Shown here piece by piece: positions 12,265 through 23,815 of a stretch of 64,000 bases of DNA (within the stretch, counting starts at the first letter, position 1; each line of letters starts with the position of its first letter). The notes beneath the pieces were generated by a model. It did no database searches. It saw nothing but the letters and a program-made list of their open reading frames with translations, and had not been told where the DNA came from. Both the position numbers and the translations under genes were made by a program. Source of the stretch: Phyllobates terribilis (taxonomy: Eukaryota); contig NW_027362764.1 of assembly GCF_046119375.1 (NCBI RefSeq), positions 802,528,001-802,592,000 of the forward strand, read 5' to 3'.

Positions 12265-12277
12265 GTTTGCTCGGGCC

Positions 12278-13213
12278 ATGGAACCCGGTGGCACCCAAGC
12301 TCCCTCGCTCTCGGACCTGTGTCATGAACTGTCCCGCCAGAGGTCCCAACAGGAGTCCATCCTGGGTCACCTGCGGAATGTCAATTCTTGCCTGGACACT
12401 CTGACTGCTCCGCCAGCAACCTCCGCCAGCGCCATGATTCGCAATCCGACAGCTCCGCTGTCCACCAACACTATGGTATCCTACCCCGGACCCCGGCTTT
12501 CTGCACCTCCTCGCTTCGGAGGCGACTCCGCTCAGGCTCGGGGCTTCATAAATCAGTGCACCCTGCACTTTGAACTCCTGTCCCACCAGTTTAACTCCGA
12601 CCGGGCCAAAATTGCCTTCATCATGTCCCATCTCACCGGAGAGGCTCTGGCCTGGCTAAATCCTCTATGGGAGAGAGGAGACCCCCTGGTGTCCAACTTG
12701 TCTGCCTTTCTCACGGCCTTCCGGAAAGTCTTCGACGAACCCGGACGGAAGACCTCATCCGCATCGTCACTGCTACGCCTCCGTCAGGGAAGCCTCACCG
12801 TGGGCCAATATGCCATACGGTTCCGTACCCTTGCCTCGGAGCTGGCCTGGGATAATGACGCTCTGGTTTCAGTCTTCTGGGAGGGTCTGTCCGGCCGTAT
12901 TAAAGATGAACTTGCCGGTCGGGACATTCCTACTACCCTCGATGACCTGATAGCTCTTGCCACCCGGATTGACCTGCGGTTCCAGGAGCGTGCCAAAGAG
13001 GTCATCCGTGAGAGGAGGTTTCCACGCCTAGCTCCTACTTTTCAGCAACCCGTCATTCCCTCCATCTCTCCTGAGCCTATGCAGGTCGACCAGACCAAGA
13101 TGGTCAGTTCTCGCCAAGAATCTCGCCGAGCCGAGGGAAGCTGTTTCTATTGTGGCAGTAAGAAGCACTTCATCCGTTCCTGCCCGGAAAAGCCGGGAAA
13201 CGCCAGTGTCTAG
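12278..13213 (+). CDS. gag: Gag of element A (311 aa)
   Basis: MEPGGTQ start. Retrotransposon capsid-like segment (FGGDSAQARGFINQC...LRLRQG) and CCHC knuckle CFYCGSKKHFIRSC. Confidence 0.92.
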   Translation: MEPGGTQAPSLSDLCHELSRQRSQQESILGHLRNVNSCLDTLTAPPATSASAMIRNPTAPLSTNTMVSYPGPRLSAPPRFGGDSAQARGFINQCTLHFELLSHQFNSDRAKIAFIMSHLTGEALAWLNPLWERGDPLVSNLSAFLTAFRKVFDEPGRKTSSASSLLRLRQGSLTVGQYAIRFRTLASELAWDNDALVSVFWEGLSGRIKDELAGRDIPTTLDDLIALATRIDLRFQERAKEVIRERRFPRLAPTFQQPVIPSISPEPMQVDQTKMVSSRQESRRAEGSCFYCGSKKHFIRSCPEKPGNASV

Positions 13214-13257
13214 GACCACTCGGAGAAGTCGTCCTAGACAAAAGTAAGTCCTCTCCG
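13195..13257 (+). promoter_or_regulatory. -1 ribosomal frameshift signal: GGGAAAC plus H-type pseudoknot
   Basis: GGGAAAC at 13195-13201. Stem 1: 13208-13216 with 13231-13239 (9 bp). Stem 2: 13221-13226 with 13252-13257. Same layout in element B at ~19150-19209 (minus). Confidence 0.8.
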
Positions 13258-14890
13258 TCTCTGACCTTACCGGTCTCTATTGCTTGGGGGAGAAAACCGT
13301 CTCTTCGAACTCGCCCATCTGGATTCTGGAGCTGCTGGAAACCTCATCGCCCAGTCTCTGGTAGAGAGATACCATATTCCCACCAAGTCCCTGGCGGAGC
13401 CATTGTCAGTTGCTTCCGTGGATGGAAGACTTCTCTCGGAGACCATCCTGCTCGTCACCGAACCTATAACCCTACAGGTGGGAATGCACTCTGAGGAGAT
13501 CTCATTCCATGTGCTGTCCGGACTTTCTCACTCCTTGTTGCTAGGTCTACCTTGGCTCCAGACACATGAACCCGTATTGAACTGGCGGTCCGGTGAAGTA
13601 CTCCGATGGGATCCTGACTGCCATAGGACCTGCCTGGTTCCGGTCCGTCCACTTCGCCCTCAGCCTACTCCAGCTAACTTACCTGGTCTCCCGGCTCCCT
13701 ACTGGCCCTATGCGGACGTCTTCGGTAAGAAGGAAGCTGAGACGTTGCCGCCCCATAGGCCATACGATTGCCCGATCGACCTGGTACCTGGCACCACTCC
13801 TCCCCGTGGGCGTATCTACCCGTTATCTGCAGCCGAGACCCGAGCCATGTCTGAGTACATTGAAGAGAATCTGGCTAGGGGATTTATCCGAAAATCTACC
13901 TCCCCGGCTGGAGCCGGATTCTTCTTTGTCAAAAAGAAAGACGGCTCGCTACGTCCCTGTATTGACTACAGAGGACTCAATCTCATTACGGTAAAAAACA
14001 AATATCCCCTGCCACTCATCTCCGAATTGTTTGACCGGCTCAAGGGCGCCAGGATCTTCTCCAAGCTGGATCTTCGAGGAGCGTATAATCTGGTCCGTAT
14101 CCGTCAAGGAGACGAGTGGAAGACGGCATTCAATACCCGGGACGGTCACTACGAGTACCTTGTGATGCCCTTCGGTCTCTGTAATGCTCCCGCGGTCTTT
14201 CAGGAACTAGTCAATGACATCTTCCGTGACCTCCTGTACTCCTGCGTAGTGGTATACCTGGACGATATCTTGGTCTTCTCTCCGGATCTCCCCACACACC
14301 GGAGGGATGTTCGTCAGGTCCTGCTTAGGCTTTGGCAGAACCACCTTTACGCCAAATACGAGAAGTGCCTCTTCGATCAGACCTCCCTTCCGTTCTTGGG
14401 CTATGTCATCTCCCAAACAGGTCTGCAAATGGATCCTGAGAAGCTCTCTTCCGTTCTAAAATGGCCTCATCCTGAAGGTTTGAAGGCGATACAGCGATTC
14501 CTGGGCTTCGCTAATTATTATCGTCTTTTCATCCCACACTTCTCGTCTCGGACTGCTCCCATATCTGCACTTACCCGTAAGGGGGCTAACCCCAGGATAT
14601 GGTCGCCTGAAGCCGAGGAGGCCTTCCTTTCCCTAAAGAAAGCCTTCGCCTCTGCTCCCGTCCTGCACCGTCCGGACTGTAATAAACAATTCTACCTGGA
14701 GGTTGATGCTTCCTCCTCCGGAGCCGGAGCGGTGCTCACCCAGAAGTCTTCTACCGGGAGAATGGTAACGTGCGGCTTCTTCTCCAAAATCTTCTCCTCG
14801 TCGGAGCGCAACTACTCCATTGGAGACCGGGAATTGCTAGCCATCAAATTGGCACTAGGAGAGTGGCGCTATCTGCTTGAAGGTGCTCTC
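13200..14890 (+). pseudogene. pol: Pol of element A, N-terminal part (protease, RT, most of RNase H)
   Basis: LDSGAAGN protease, YLDD RT, EVDASSSG RNase H. One extra G in the G5 run at 13286-13290 breaks the frame relative to B. Cut at EGAL by element B. Confidence 0.92.
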
Positions 14891-15941
14891 TGTAACGGGT
14901 CCGGGAGGCGGAACCTCTGAGCTACTATACAAGGGGGCGGCCCTTGTAAGGGAGCGGGTGGCAGTCTCTGGGTGAACGGACAGGGAGTTACGGCAAGTGA
15001 TCAGGGCAGTCTCTGGGTAAGGGGTAGGTACGACCTGTGATGGCAGAGCCTCCGGGTAGGCTAGCAGGCAGATGGTAGATGTGTGCTCCCAGGTGAGCAA
15101 GCGAGAGTCTCTGGAATAGCAGGTGGTCACGGCACGTGACGGCGGAACCTCCGGGCTGGCAGGCAGGTAGGTAACGGAGAAGCGCTCCCAGGTGAGCGGG
15201 CAAGAGTCTCTGGAATAGCTGGTGGTCACCGCACGTGACAACGGGACCTCCGGGCTGGCAAGCAGGCAGGTAACGGAGATGCGCTCCCAGGTGAGCGGGC
15301 AAGAGTCTCTGAGAATAGCAGGTGGTCACAGCACGTGACAACGGAGCCTCCGGGCTGGCAAGCAGGCAGATAACGGAGAAGCGCTCCCAGGTGAGCGGGC
15401 AAGCTGGTCCATAGACAGACTGACCGGAGTAGTAAGGCAGACCGTCGGACCTCAGGCAAGCAGGCAGGTAGATGATATGCGCTCCCAGGTGAGCGGGCAG
15501 GCTGGTCCTTTAGACAGACTGACAGGAGTAGTAAGGCAGACCGTCGGACCTCAGACTGGCAGACAGGTAACAGGTATTCAGGCAGGAATCAGGCAGGTAA
15601 CTGGCAGGAAACTGGCAGGTAACTGGCAGGTAACTGGCAACGGGACCTGAGGGCTGAAGCACAGGTGAGACACAGGTGCAAACAACATTGCTCGGGCACC
15701 TCCATTTTGGAGGAGGTGCCTTATATATGATGAAGTCCTCCGGCCATTGGCCGGGGACTCCTTAGGACGGCGCGCGCGGCCCCTTTAAGAGGAGGGGAGC
15801 GCGCGCGCGCGCGCCCTAAGCACAGGGGCCGGGAAGGAGCGCGCGCTGACAGCAGAGCGGGGAGAGGACGCCGGGCACGGAGCAGAGCGGTGAGGGGAGC
15901 AGCGTCCCTGCCTAGCAGAGGGCAGGGACGCCAGCGCTACA
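14891..15941 (-). repeat. 3' LTR of element B
   Basis: TG...CA on the minus strand, preceded by PPT AAAGGGGGGGGTAC. Confidence 0.95.
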
Positions 15942-18900
15942 GTACCCCCCCCTTTAGGCCCCCCCTTTTTTAGGCCAGACAGAAATTTAGCTAGGATGAG
16001 AGGGGCATGGATGTTCTCCCGGGGCTCCCACGTTCTCTCCTCAGGACCAAACCCCTTCCAATCTACCAGAAAAAAGGTCTTTCCTCTTACCCTTTTGGTG
16101 GCAAGAATGTTCTCTACCTCAAACTCGTCCTCAGCAGAAACCGGAGCAGGAGGCGTACCTGTAGACTTGGAAAAAGAGTTAAGCACCACAGGTTTGAGGA
16201 GAGACACATGGAAGGAGTTAGGGATCCGTAAGTTGGCCGGGAGTTTCAATTTATAGGCCACCGGGTTGATCTGACTGATGACCTCCAGTGGACCGATGAA
16301 CCGAGGCCCTAACTTATAGGAAGGGATCTTGAGCCGGACATATTTGGACGAGAGCCAGACTTTATCCCCAGGGCGGAATTGAGGAGGGTCCAGACGTTTT
16401 TTGTCAGCGTGTCTTTTCATACGCTCGGATGACAGAAGGAGTGCGGACCGGGTACTCTCCCATATGGAGGAAAATTTGTTAACAAGAGATTCCGCAGCCG
16501 GATTGTCCGCCGAGGTGGAGACGGGAAACGGGATCCGAGGATGCTGACCGTAGACTACAAAAAACGGGGATTTGGAGGAAGACTCGCTCTCGTGATTGTT
16601 GTACGAGAATTCGGCCCATGGCAGGAGATCCACCCAGTCAGAATGGTGGGCATTAACGAAGTGCCGAAGGTAACTGGTCAGGTTCTGATTGATCCGCTCC
16701 ACTTGACCATTAGACTGTGGGTGGTAAGCGGAGGAGAAGTCCAGGGTGACGTCCAGCAATTTACAAGTGGCTCTCCAGAAACGGGAAGTGAACTGTACCC
16801 CACGATCCGACACGATGTGACGGGGCAGGCCATGAAGACGGAAGATGTGGCGGATAAAGTCTTTAGCCAGCTCGGGTGCAGACGGAAGACCTGGCAGTGG
16901 AATGAAGAGAGCCATCTTGGAGAAGCGGTCAGCGACCACCCAAATGACCGTACAACCGGCAGAGACGGGCAGATCAGTAATGAAGTCCATCGCTATATGC
17001 TGCCAGGGGGCAGCAGGTACTGGCAGAGGTAGGAGGCAGCCGGCCGGCAGGTGTCTCGGAACTTTGTTGCGGGCGCAGGACACACAGGCAGAAACAAAGT
17101 CTATTACATCCTTGTGCAGGTTAGGCCACCAGTAGTGCCGGGTAATAAGCTGGAGGGTCTTTTTCTGACCGGCGTGGCCAGCTAGTTTAGACGAATGACC
17201 CCAGTGTAGGATCTTCTCCCGATCAGGTACTGGTACGAACGTCTTACCAGGAGGAAGACGATTTAGACTCACGGGAGCCACCTGCATTACTCTGGCGGGA
17301 TCGATGATATGTTTCGGATCCTCCTCGAGATCAGACACCAGAAAGGACCGAGACAAGGCGTCCGCCTTGACGTTTTTGTCAGCCGGGCGAAAATGAAGGA
17401 CAAAATCAAAACGAGCAAAAAACAAGGACCACCGGGCTTGGCGCGGGTTAAGTCTCTGGGCATGCTGGAGGTAAGCCAAGTTCTTGTGGTCAGTGTAAAT
17501 TATTACCGGGTGAAGAGCCCCCTCGAGCAGGTAACGCCACTCCTCCAATGCCAGTTTGATGGCCAATAACTCTCGGTCTCCTATGGAATAGTTGCGCTCA
17601 GAGGAGGAGAAGAGTTTAGAGAAGAAGCCACAAGTTACCATCCTCCCGGAAGATGATTTTTGAGTAAGTACCGCTCCGGCTCCAGAGGAGGAGGCGTCAA
17701 CTTCCAGGAAGAACTGCTTGTTGCCATCTGGGCGATGCAGCACCGGGGCGGAAGAGAAGGCCTGTTTAAGGGAAAGAAAGGCCTCCTCTGCTTCGGGTGG
17801 CCACTCTTTGGGATTAGTACCTTTACGGGTGAGCGCAGAAATTGGGGCCGTCCGGGAAGAGAAGTGTGGTATGAAGAGGCGGTAGTAGTTGGCGAAGCCC
17901 AGGAATCGCTGAATGGCCTTCAACCCCTCCGGTCGGGGCCATTTCTCGATGGCAGACAGTTTCTCAGGATCCATTTGTAGGCCGGTCTGAGAGATAATGT
18001 AGCCCAGAAACGGAAGCGAGGTCTGCTCAAAGAGGCACTTCTCAAATTTAGCGTAGAGATGGTTCTGCCTTAGCCTGAGCAGGACCTGACGAACGTCCCT
18101 CCGGTGAGTCTGGAGATCCGGAGAGAAGACCAAGATGTCGTCCAGGTACACCACTACGCAGGAGTAGAGAAGGTCCCGGAAGATGTCATTGACCAACTCT
18201 TGAAAGACGGCAGGAGCGTTACAGAGACCAAAGGGCATTACCAGGTATTCATAGTGGCCGTCCCGGTGTTGAATGCCGTCTTCCATTCATCCCCCTGACG
18301 AATACGAACCAGGTTGTACGCCCCACGAAGGTCCAGTTTGGTGAAGATCCTAGCCCCCCTCAGACGATCAAATAATTCTGGAATGAGCGGAAGGGGGTAC
18401 TTATTCTTCACCGTGATCAGGTTTAGGCCTCTATAGTCTATACAGGGACGGAGAGAGCCGTCCTTCTTTTTGACGAAAAAGAAGCCTGCTCCCGCCGGGG
18501 AGGTAGATTTCCGGATGAATCCTCTGGCCAGATTCTCCTCAATATATTCGGACATTGACCGGGTCTCAGCAGCGGATAAAGGATAGATACGCCCACGGGG
18601 AGGAGTAGGACCGGGTAGCAGATCGATGGGACAGTCGTATGGTCTATGTGGTGGTAATGTCTCTGCCTCCTTTTTATTAAAGACATCTGCATAAGACCAA
18701 TAAGGAATCGGAAGTCCAGGTAGATTAGCTGGGGTAGGAGAGGGACGGACGGGATGGACGGGAACCAGGCAGGTTTTATGACAGTCTTGTCCCCAGCGAA
18801 GGACCTCTCCGGTTTGCCAGTCTAGCACGGGTGCATGTCTCTGGAGCCAGGGCAGACCTAGCAAGAGGGCGTGAGAGAGTTCAGGCAGAACATGAAAGGA

Positions 18901-19204
18901 GATACTTTCAGAATGCAGCATTCCCACCTGCAGGGTAATGGATTCGGTGATGAGTTGAATGGGGCGAGGTAAGAGGCCCCCATCCACGGCAGCGACAGAC
19001 AAGGGTACAGCCAGAGGTTTGGTGGGGATGCGGTATTTCTCAACCAGGGACTGTGAAATAAGGTTCCCGGCTGCTCCAGAGTCAAGTTGGGCTAGTTCGA
19101 AATAACGGTTCTCCCCGTAGATGATCGAAACTGACAACAGCAGGGATGGAGAGGATTTATTCTTGTCTAGGTGGACCTCTCTGAGCGAACCTAGACACAG
19201 GCGT
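15785..19204 (-). pseudogene. pol: Pol of element B (PR-RT-RH-IN-chromodomain) with one 1-bp frameshift
   Basis: ORFs 18238-19137 and 15785-18286 join if one base is added at 18265-18266 (A has ACCCGGGAC, B has ACCGGGAC). Integrase HHCC/DDE motifs and chromodomain EFEVENIL...VDWKGFGPEERTWEP. The frame runs 156 nt into the 3' LTR. Confidence 0.92.
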
Positions 19205-20141
19205 TTCCCGACCTCTCCGGGCAGGCACGGATCCGGTGCTCCTTACTGCCACAGTAGAAGCAGCTCCCCTCGGCACGGCGTGAGTCCTGACGGGTTTTGA
19301 CCATCTTGGTCTGGTCGACCTGCATAGGCTCAGGAGAATGTACCTGGGGAGAGATGGAGGGAATGACGGGTTTCTGGAAAGTAGGAGCTAAACGTGGAAT
19401 CCTTCTCTCACGGGTGACCTCTTTGGCACGCTCCTGGAACCGTAGGTCAATCCGGGTGGCAAGAGTTATTAAGTCATCGAGAGTGGTAGGAATGTCCCGA
19501 CCGGCAAGTTCATCTTTAATACGGCCGGACAGACCCTCCCAGAAGACGGAAACCAGAGCGTCGTTATCCCAGGCCAGCTCCGAGGCAAGGGTACGGAACC
19601 GTATGGCATATTGGCCCACGGTGAGACTCCCCTGACGGAGGCGAAGCAACGATGATGCAGATGAGGTCTTCCGTCCGGGTTCGTCGAAGACTTTCCGGAA
19701 AGCCGTGAGAAAAGCAGGCAAGTTGGACACCAGGGGGTCTCCTCTCTCCCATAGAGGATTCAGCCAGGCCAGGGCCTCCCCGGTGAGATGGGACATGATG
19801 AAGGCAATTTTGGCCCGGTCGGAGTTAAACTGGTAGGACAAAAGTTCAAAGTGCAGGGTGCACTGATTTAAGAAGCCCCGAGCCTGGACGGGGTCGCCTC
19901 CGAAGCGAGGAGGTGCAGAAAGCCGGGGTCCGGGGTAGGATACCATAGTATTAGTGGGCAGCGGAGCTGCCGGATTGCAAGATATGGCACTGGCGGAGGT
20001 TGTTGGTGGATCAGACAGAGTGTTCAGGCGAGTATTAACATTCCGCAGGTGACCCAGGATGGCCTCCTGTTGGGACCTCTGACGGGACAGTTCAAGACAG
20101 AGATCCGAGAGCGAGGGAGCTTGGGTGCCACCGGGTTCCAT
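19191..20141 (-). CDS. gag: Gag of element B (316 aa)
   Basis: MEPGGTQ start, CCHC knuckle [14 protein letters not shown], closely similar to Gag A. Confidence 0.92.
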   Translation of the reverse strand: MEPGGTQAPSLSDLCLELSRQRSQQEAILGHLRNVNTRLNTLSDPPTTSASAISCNPAAPLPTNTMVSYPGPRLSAPPRFGGDPVQARGFLNQCTLHFELLSYQFNSDRAKIAFIMSHLTGEALAWLNPLWERGDPLVSNLPAFLTAFRKVFDEPGRKTSSASSLLRLRQGSLTVGQYAIRFRTLASELAWDNDALVSVFWEGLSGRIKDELAGRDIPTTLDDLITLATRIDLRFQERAKEVTRERRIPRLAPTFQKPVIPSISPQVHSPEPMQVDQTKMVKTRQDSRRAEGSCFYCGSKEHRIRACPERSGNACV

Positions 20142-20154
20142 GGCCCGAGCAAAC

Positions 20155-21205
20155 TGTAACGGGTCCGGGAGGCGGAACCTCTGAGCTACTATACAAGGGG
20201 GCGGCCCTTGTAAGGGAGCGGGTGGCAGTCTCTGGGTGAACGGACAGGGAGTTACGGCAAGTGATCAGGGCAGTCTCTGGGTAAGGGGTAGGTACGACCT
20301 GTGATGGCAGAGCCTCCGGGTAGGCTAGCAGGCAGATGGTAGATGTGTGCTCCCAGGTGAGCAAGCGAGAGTCTCTGGAATAGCAGGTGGTCACGGCACG
20401 TGACGGCGGAACCTCCGGGCTGGCAGGCAGGTAGGTAACGGAGAAGCGCTCCCAGGTGAGCGGGCAAGAGTCTCTGGAATAGCTGGTGGTCACCGCACGT
20501 GACAACGGGACCTCCGGGCTGGCAAGCAGGCAGGTAACGGAGATGCGCTCCCAGGTGAGCGGGCAAGAGTCTCTGAGAATAGCAGGTGGTCACAGCACGT
20601 GACAACGGAGCCTCCGGGCTGGCAAGCAGGCAGATAACGGAGAAGCGCTCCCAGGTGAGCGGGCAAGCTGGTCCATAGACAGACTGACCGGAGTAGTAAG
20701 GCAGACCGTCGGACCTCAGGCAAGCAGGCAGGTAGATGATATGCGCTCCCAGGTGAGCGGGCAGGCTGGTCCTTTAGACAGACTGACAGGAGTAGTAAGG
20801 CAGACCGTCGGACCTCAGACTGGCAGACAGGTAACAGGTATTCAGGCAGGAATCAGGCAGGTAACTGGCAGGAAACTGGCAGGTAACTGGCAGGTAACTG
20901 GCAACGGGACCTGAGGGCTGAAGCACAGGTGAGACACAGGTGCAAACAACATTGCTCGGGCACCTCCATTTTGGAGGAGGTGCCTTATATATGATGAAGT
21001 CCTCCGGCCATTGGCCGGGGACTCCTTAGGACGGCGCGCGCGGCCCCTTTAAGAGGAGGGGAGCGCGCGCGCGCGCGCCCTAAGCACAGGGGCCGGGAAG
21101 GAGCGCGCGCTGACAGCAGAGCGGGGAGAGGACGCCGGGCACGGAGCAGAGCGGTGAGGGGAGCAGCGTCCCTGCCTAGCAGAGGGCAGGGACGCCAGCG
21201 CTACA
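20155..21205 (-). repeat. 5' LTR of element B
   Basis: Copy of 14891-15941 at offset 5264; followed on the minus strand by the PBS-position sequence GTTTGCTCGGGC. Confidence 0.95.
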
Positions 21206-22785
21206 CTCTCTACCCGGTAATTATCTACACGGATCACAAAAACCTGGCATATCTCCAAAATGCCCAGAGGCTCAATCCTCGCCAGGCCCGGTGGTCGTTG
21301 TTTTTTGCCCGCTTCGACTTCACTCTTCATTTCCGTCCGGCGGACAAGAACGTCAAAGCTGATGCCTTGTCTCGGTCTTTCCTGTCCTCCGATCAAGAGG
21401 AGGAACCTACGCACATCATCGACTCCTCCAAGGTGATGAATGTGGCTCCCTTGGATCTAACTCGTCTTCCACCCGGTAAGACGTTCATAGCTGTGCCAGA
21501 TCGGGAGAGGGTTCTTCGCTGGGGACATTCTTCTAAACTAGCTGGCCATGCTGGCCAAAAAAAGACCTTTCAACTTATTGCCCGGCATTACTGGTGGCCT
21601 ACCCTACGTAAGGACGTGGTAGACTTCGTCGCGGCCTGTTCATCCTGTGCTCGTAACAAAGTTCCCCGACATCTACCTGCCGGCCATCTCCTGCCCCTTC
21701 CCGTACCTGCTGCTCCTTGGCAACACATCGCTATGGACTTTATCACCGACCTTCCAGTTTCTGCCGGTTGTACTGTCATTTGGGTTGTCGCTGACCGTTT
21801 TTCTAAGATGGCCCACTTCATTCCCCTGCCTGGTCTTCCGTCTGCACCCGAGTTGGCTAAAGACTTTATCCGCCACATCTTCCGTCTCCATGGTCTGCCC
21901 CTCCACATCGTGTCGGATCGTGGGGTTCAGTTCACCTCTCGTTTCTGGAGAGCCACTTGTAAGCTGCTGGACATTACCCTGGATTTCTCCTCCGCTTACC
22001 ACCCTCAGTCCAATGGTCAAGTGGAGCGGATCAATCAGATCTTGTCCAGCTACCTCCGGCACTTCGTGGATGCTCACCACTCGGACTGGGTGGATCTTCT
22101 ACCGTGGGCCGAGTTCTCTTATAACAACCATGAGAGCGAGTCCTCTTCCAAATCCCCGTTCTTTATAGTTGGTGGCCAACATCCCCGGATTCCACTTCCT
22201 GTCTCCGTTTCTGTGGACAACCCTGCTGCGGAGTCTCTTGTCAGCGAATTTTCTACTATTTGGGAGAGCACCAGGTCCGCTCTTCTTCTCTCCTCTGAGC
22301 GGATGAAGAGATATGCTGATAAGAGACGTCTGGATCCGCCCCAATTCCGTCCGGGAGACAAGGTTTGGCTCTCATCCAAACATGTGCGGCTCAAAATACC
22401 CTCCTACAAGTTGGGTCCTCGATTCATCGGCCCCTTCGAAGTCCTCAGGCAAATTAACCCTGTGGCCTACAAATTAAAACTCCCGGCCACCCTACGGATC
22501 CCCAACTCCTTCCACGTATCTCTCCTCAAACCCGTTGTCTTTAACTCTTTTTCCAAAAATCCAGGTGCCCCTCCTGCTCCGGTTTCCGCTGATGACATCT
22601 TTGAGGTAGAGAGTATTCTGGCCTCCAAGAGGGTAAGAGGAAAAACCTTTTTTCTGGTAGATTGGAAGGGGTTTGGTCCTGAGGAGAGAACTTGGGAACC
22701 CAGGGAGAACATCAACGCCCCGCTTCTCCTTGAAAAATTTCTTTCTGGCCTAAAAAAGAGGGGGCCTAAAGGGGGGGTACTGTAG
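21206..22785 (+). pseudogene. pol: Pol of element A, C-terminal part (RNase H end, integrase, chromodomain)
   Basis: YPVIIYTDHKNL, GHSSKLAGH..CSSC zinc finger, AMDFITDLP, IVSDRG, GQVERIN, chromodomain. Stop codon lies 5 nt inside the LTR. Confidence 0.92.
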
Positions 22786-23714
22786 CATCGGCGTCTCTGC
22801 CCCGTTCTAGGCAGAGACGCCGTCCCTCTCACCTCCCCGCTCCTGACGCGGCGTCCTCCAGCACTGCTCTCCCCGCTGCTTCCGGCGCGCGCTCCTTCCC
22901 CGGCAGTGTGCTTAGGGCGCGCGCGCGCGCTCCCCCTCTCTTAAAGGGACCGCGCGCGCCGTCCTAAGGAGTCCCCGGCCAATTGCCGGAGGACCTCCCA
23001 TATAAAGGGCACCTCCTCCAAAATGGAGGTGCCCGAGCAATGTTGTTTGCACCTGTGTCTCACCTGTGCTTCAGCCCTCAGGTCCCGTTGCCAGTTACCT
23101 GCCAGATTCCTGCCAGCTTGCTGCCTTTGTCCTGCCTGATATCCAGTCACCTGCCTGCTAGCCTGAGGTCCGACGGTCTGCCTTCCAACTCCTGTCAGTC
23201 TGTCTATGGACCAGCTTGCCCGCTCACCTGGGAGCGCACATCTGTTACCTGCCTGCTAGCCTACCTGGAGGCTCCGCCGTCACGTGCTGTGACCATCTGC
23301 CTTTCCAGAGACTCCTGCCCGCTCACCTGGGAGCGCCCACCTGTTACCTGCCTGCTAGCCTACCTGGAGGCTTCGCCGTCACGTGCTGTGACCACCTACC
23401 ATTCCAGAGACTCTCGCTTGCTCACCTGGGAGCACACATCTACCATCTGCCTGCTAGCCTACCTGGAGGCTCTGCCATCACAGGTCGTACCTACCCTTTA
23501 CCCAGAGACTGCCCCGGTCACTTGCCGTAACTCCCTGCCCGTTCATCCAGAGACTGCCCCGGTCACTTGCCGTAACTCCAGCCCGTCCACTCAGAGACTG
23601 TCCCGGTCACCTGCTGTGACTGCCTGCCCGTCATCCCTGATTGCCACCCGCTCCCTTACAAGGACCGCCCCCTTGTATAGTAGCTCAGAGGTTCCGCCTC
23701 CCAGACCCGTTACA
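22781..23714 (+). repeat. 3' LTR of element A (934 bp)
   Basis: TGTAGC...GTTACA followed by TSD AACAG. Confidence 0.95.
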
Positions 23715-23815
23715 AACAGGGATATCTGTAGTGCTGCAAGCAGAATCAAGGAGCATCAGAAAGACTTTACAAGGAGAATGAGAGTCATCCTCCAGGTCAG
23801 CAGATGGACTGCATG

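Larger units (their letters stand above)
14891..21205 (-). mobile_element. Ty3/gypsy chromovirus element B (6315 bp) nested antisense in element A
   Basis: Two 1051-bp LTRs (14891-15941 and 20155-21205) with no differences seen by eye. 5-bp TSD CTCTC. Excising B restores EGALYPVIIYTDH in A. Confidence 0.97.
11401..23714 (+). mobile_element. Ty3/gypsy chromovirus (Tf1/sushi-like) element A, interrupted by element B
   Basis: TG...CA LTRs at 11401-12264 and 22781-23714. 5-bp TSD AACAG on both sides. gag, PR, RT, RH, IN and chromodomain present. PPT AAAGGGGGGGTAC before the 3' LTR. Confidence 0.97.

Noticed and set aside
12278-14890. Domesticated PEG10/RTL-type host gene
   Set aside because: Flanked by complete LTRs, PPT and TSDs, with close paralogues in the same window: ordinary retrotransposons.
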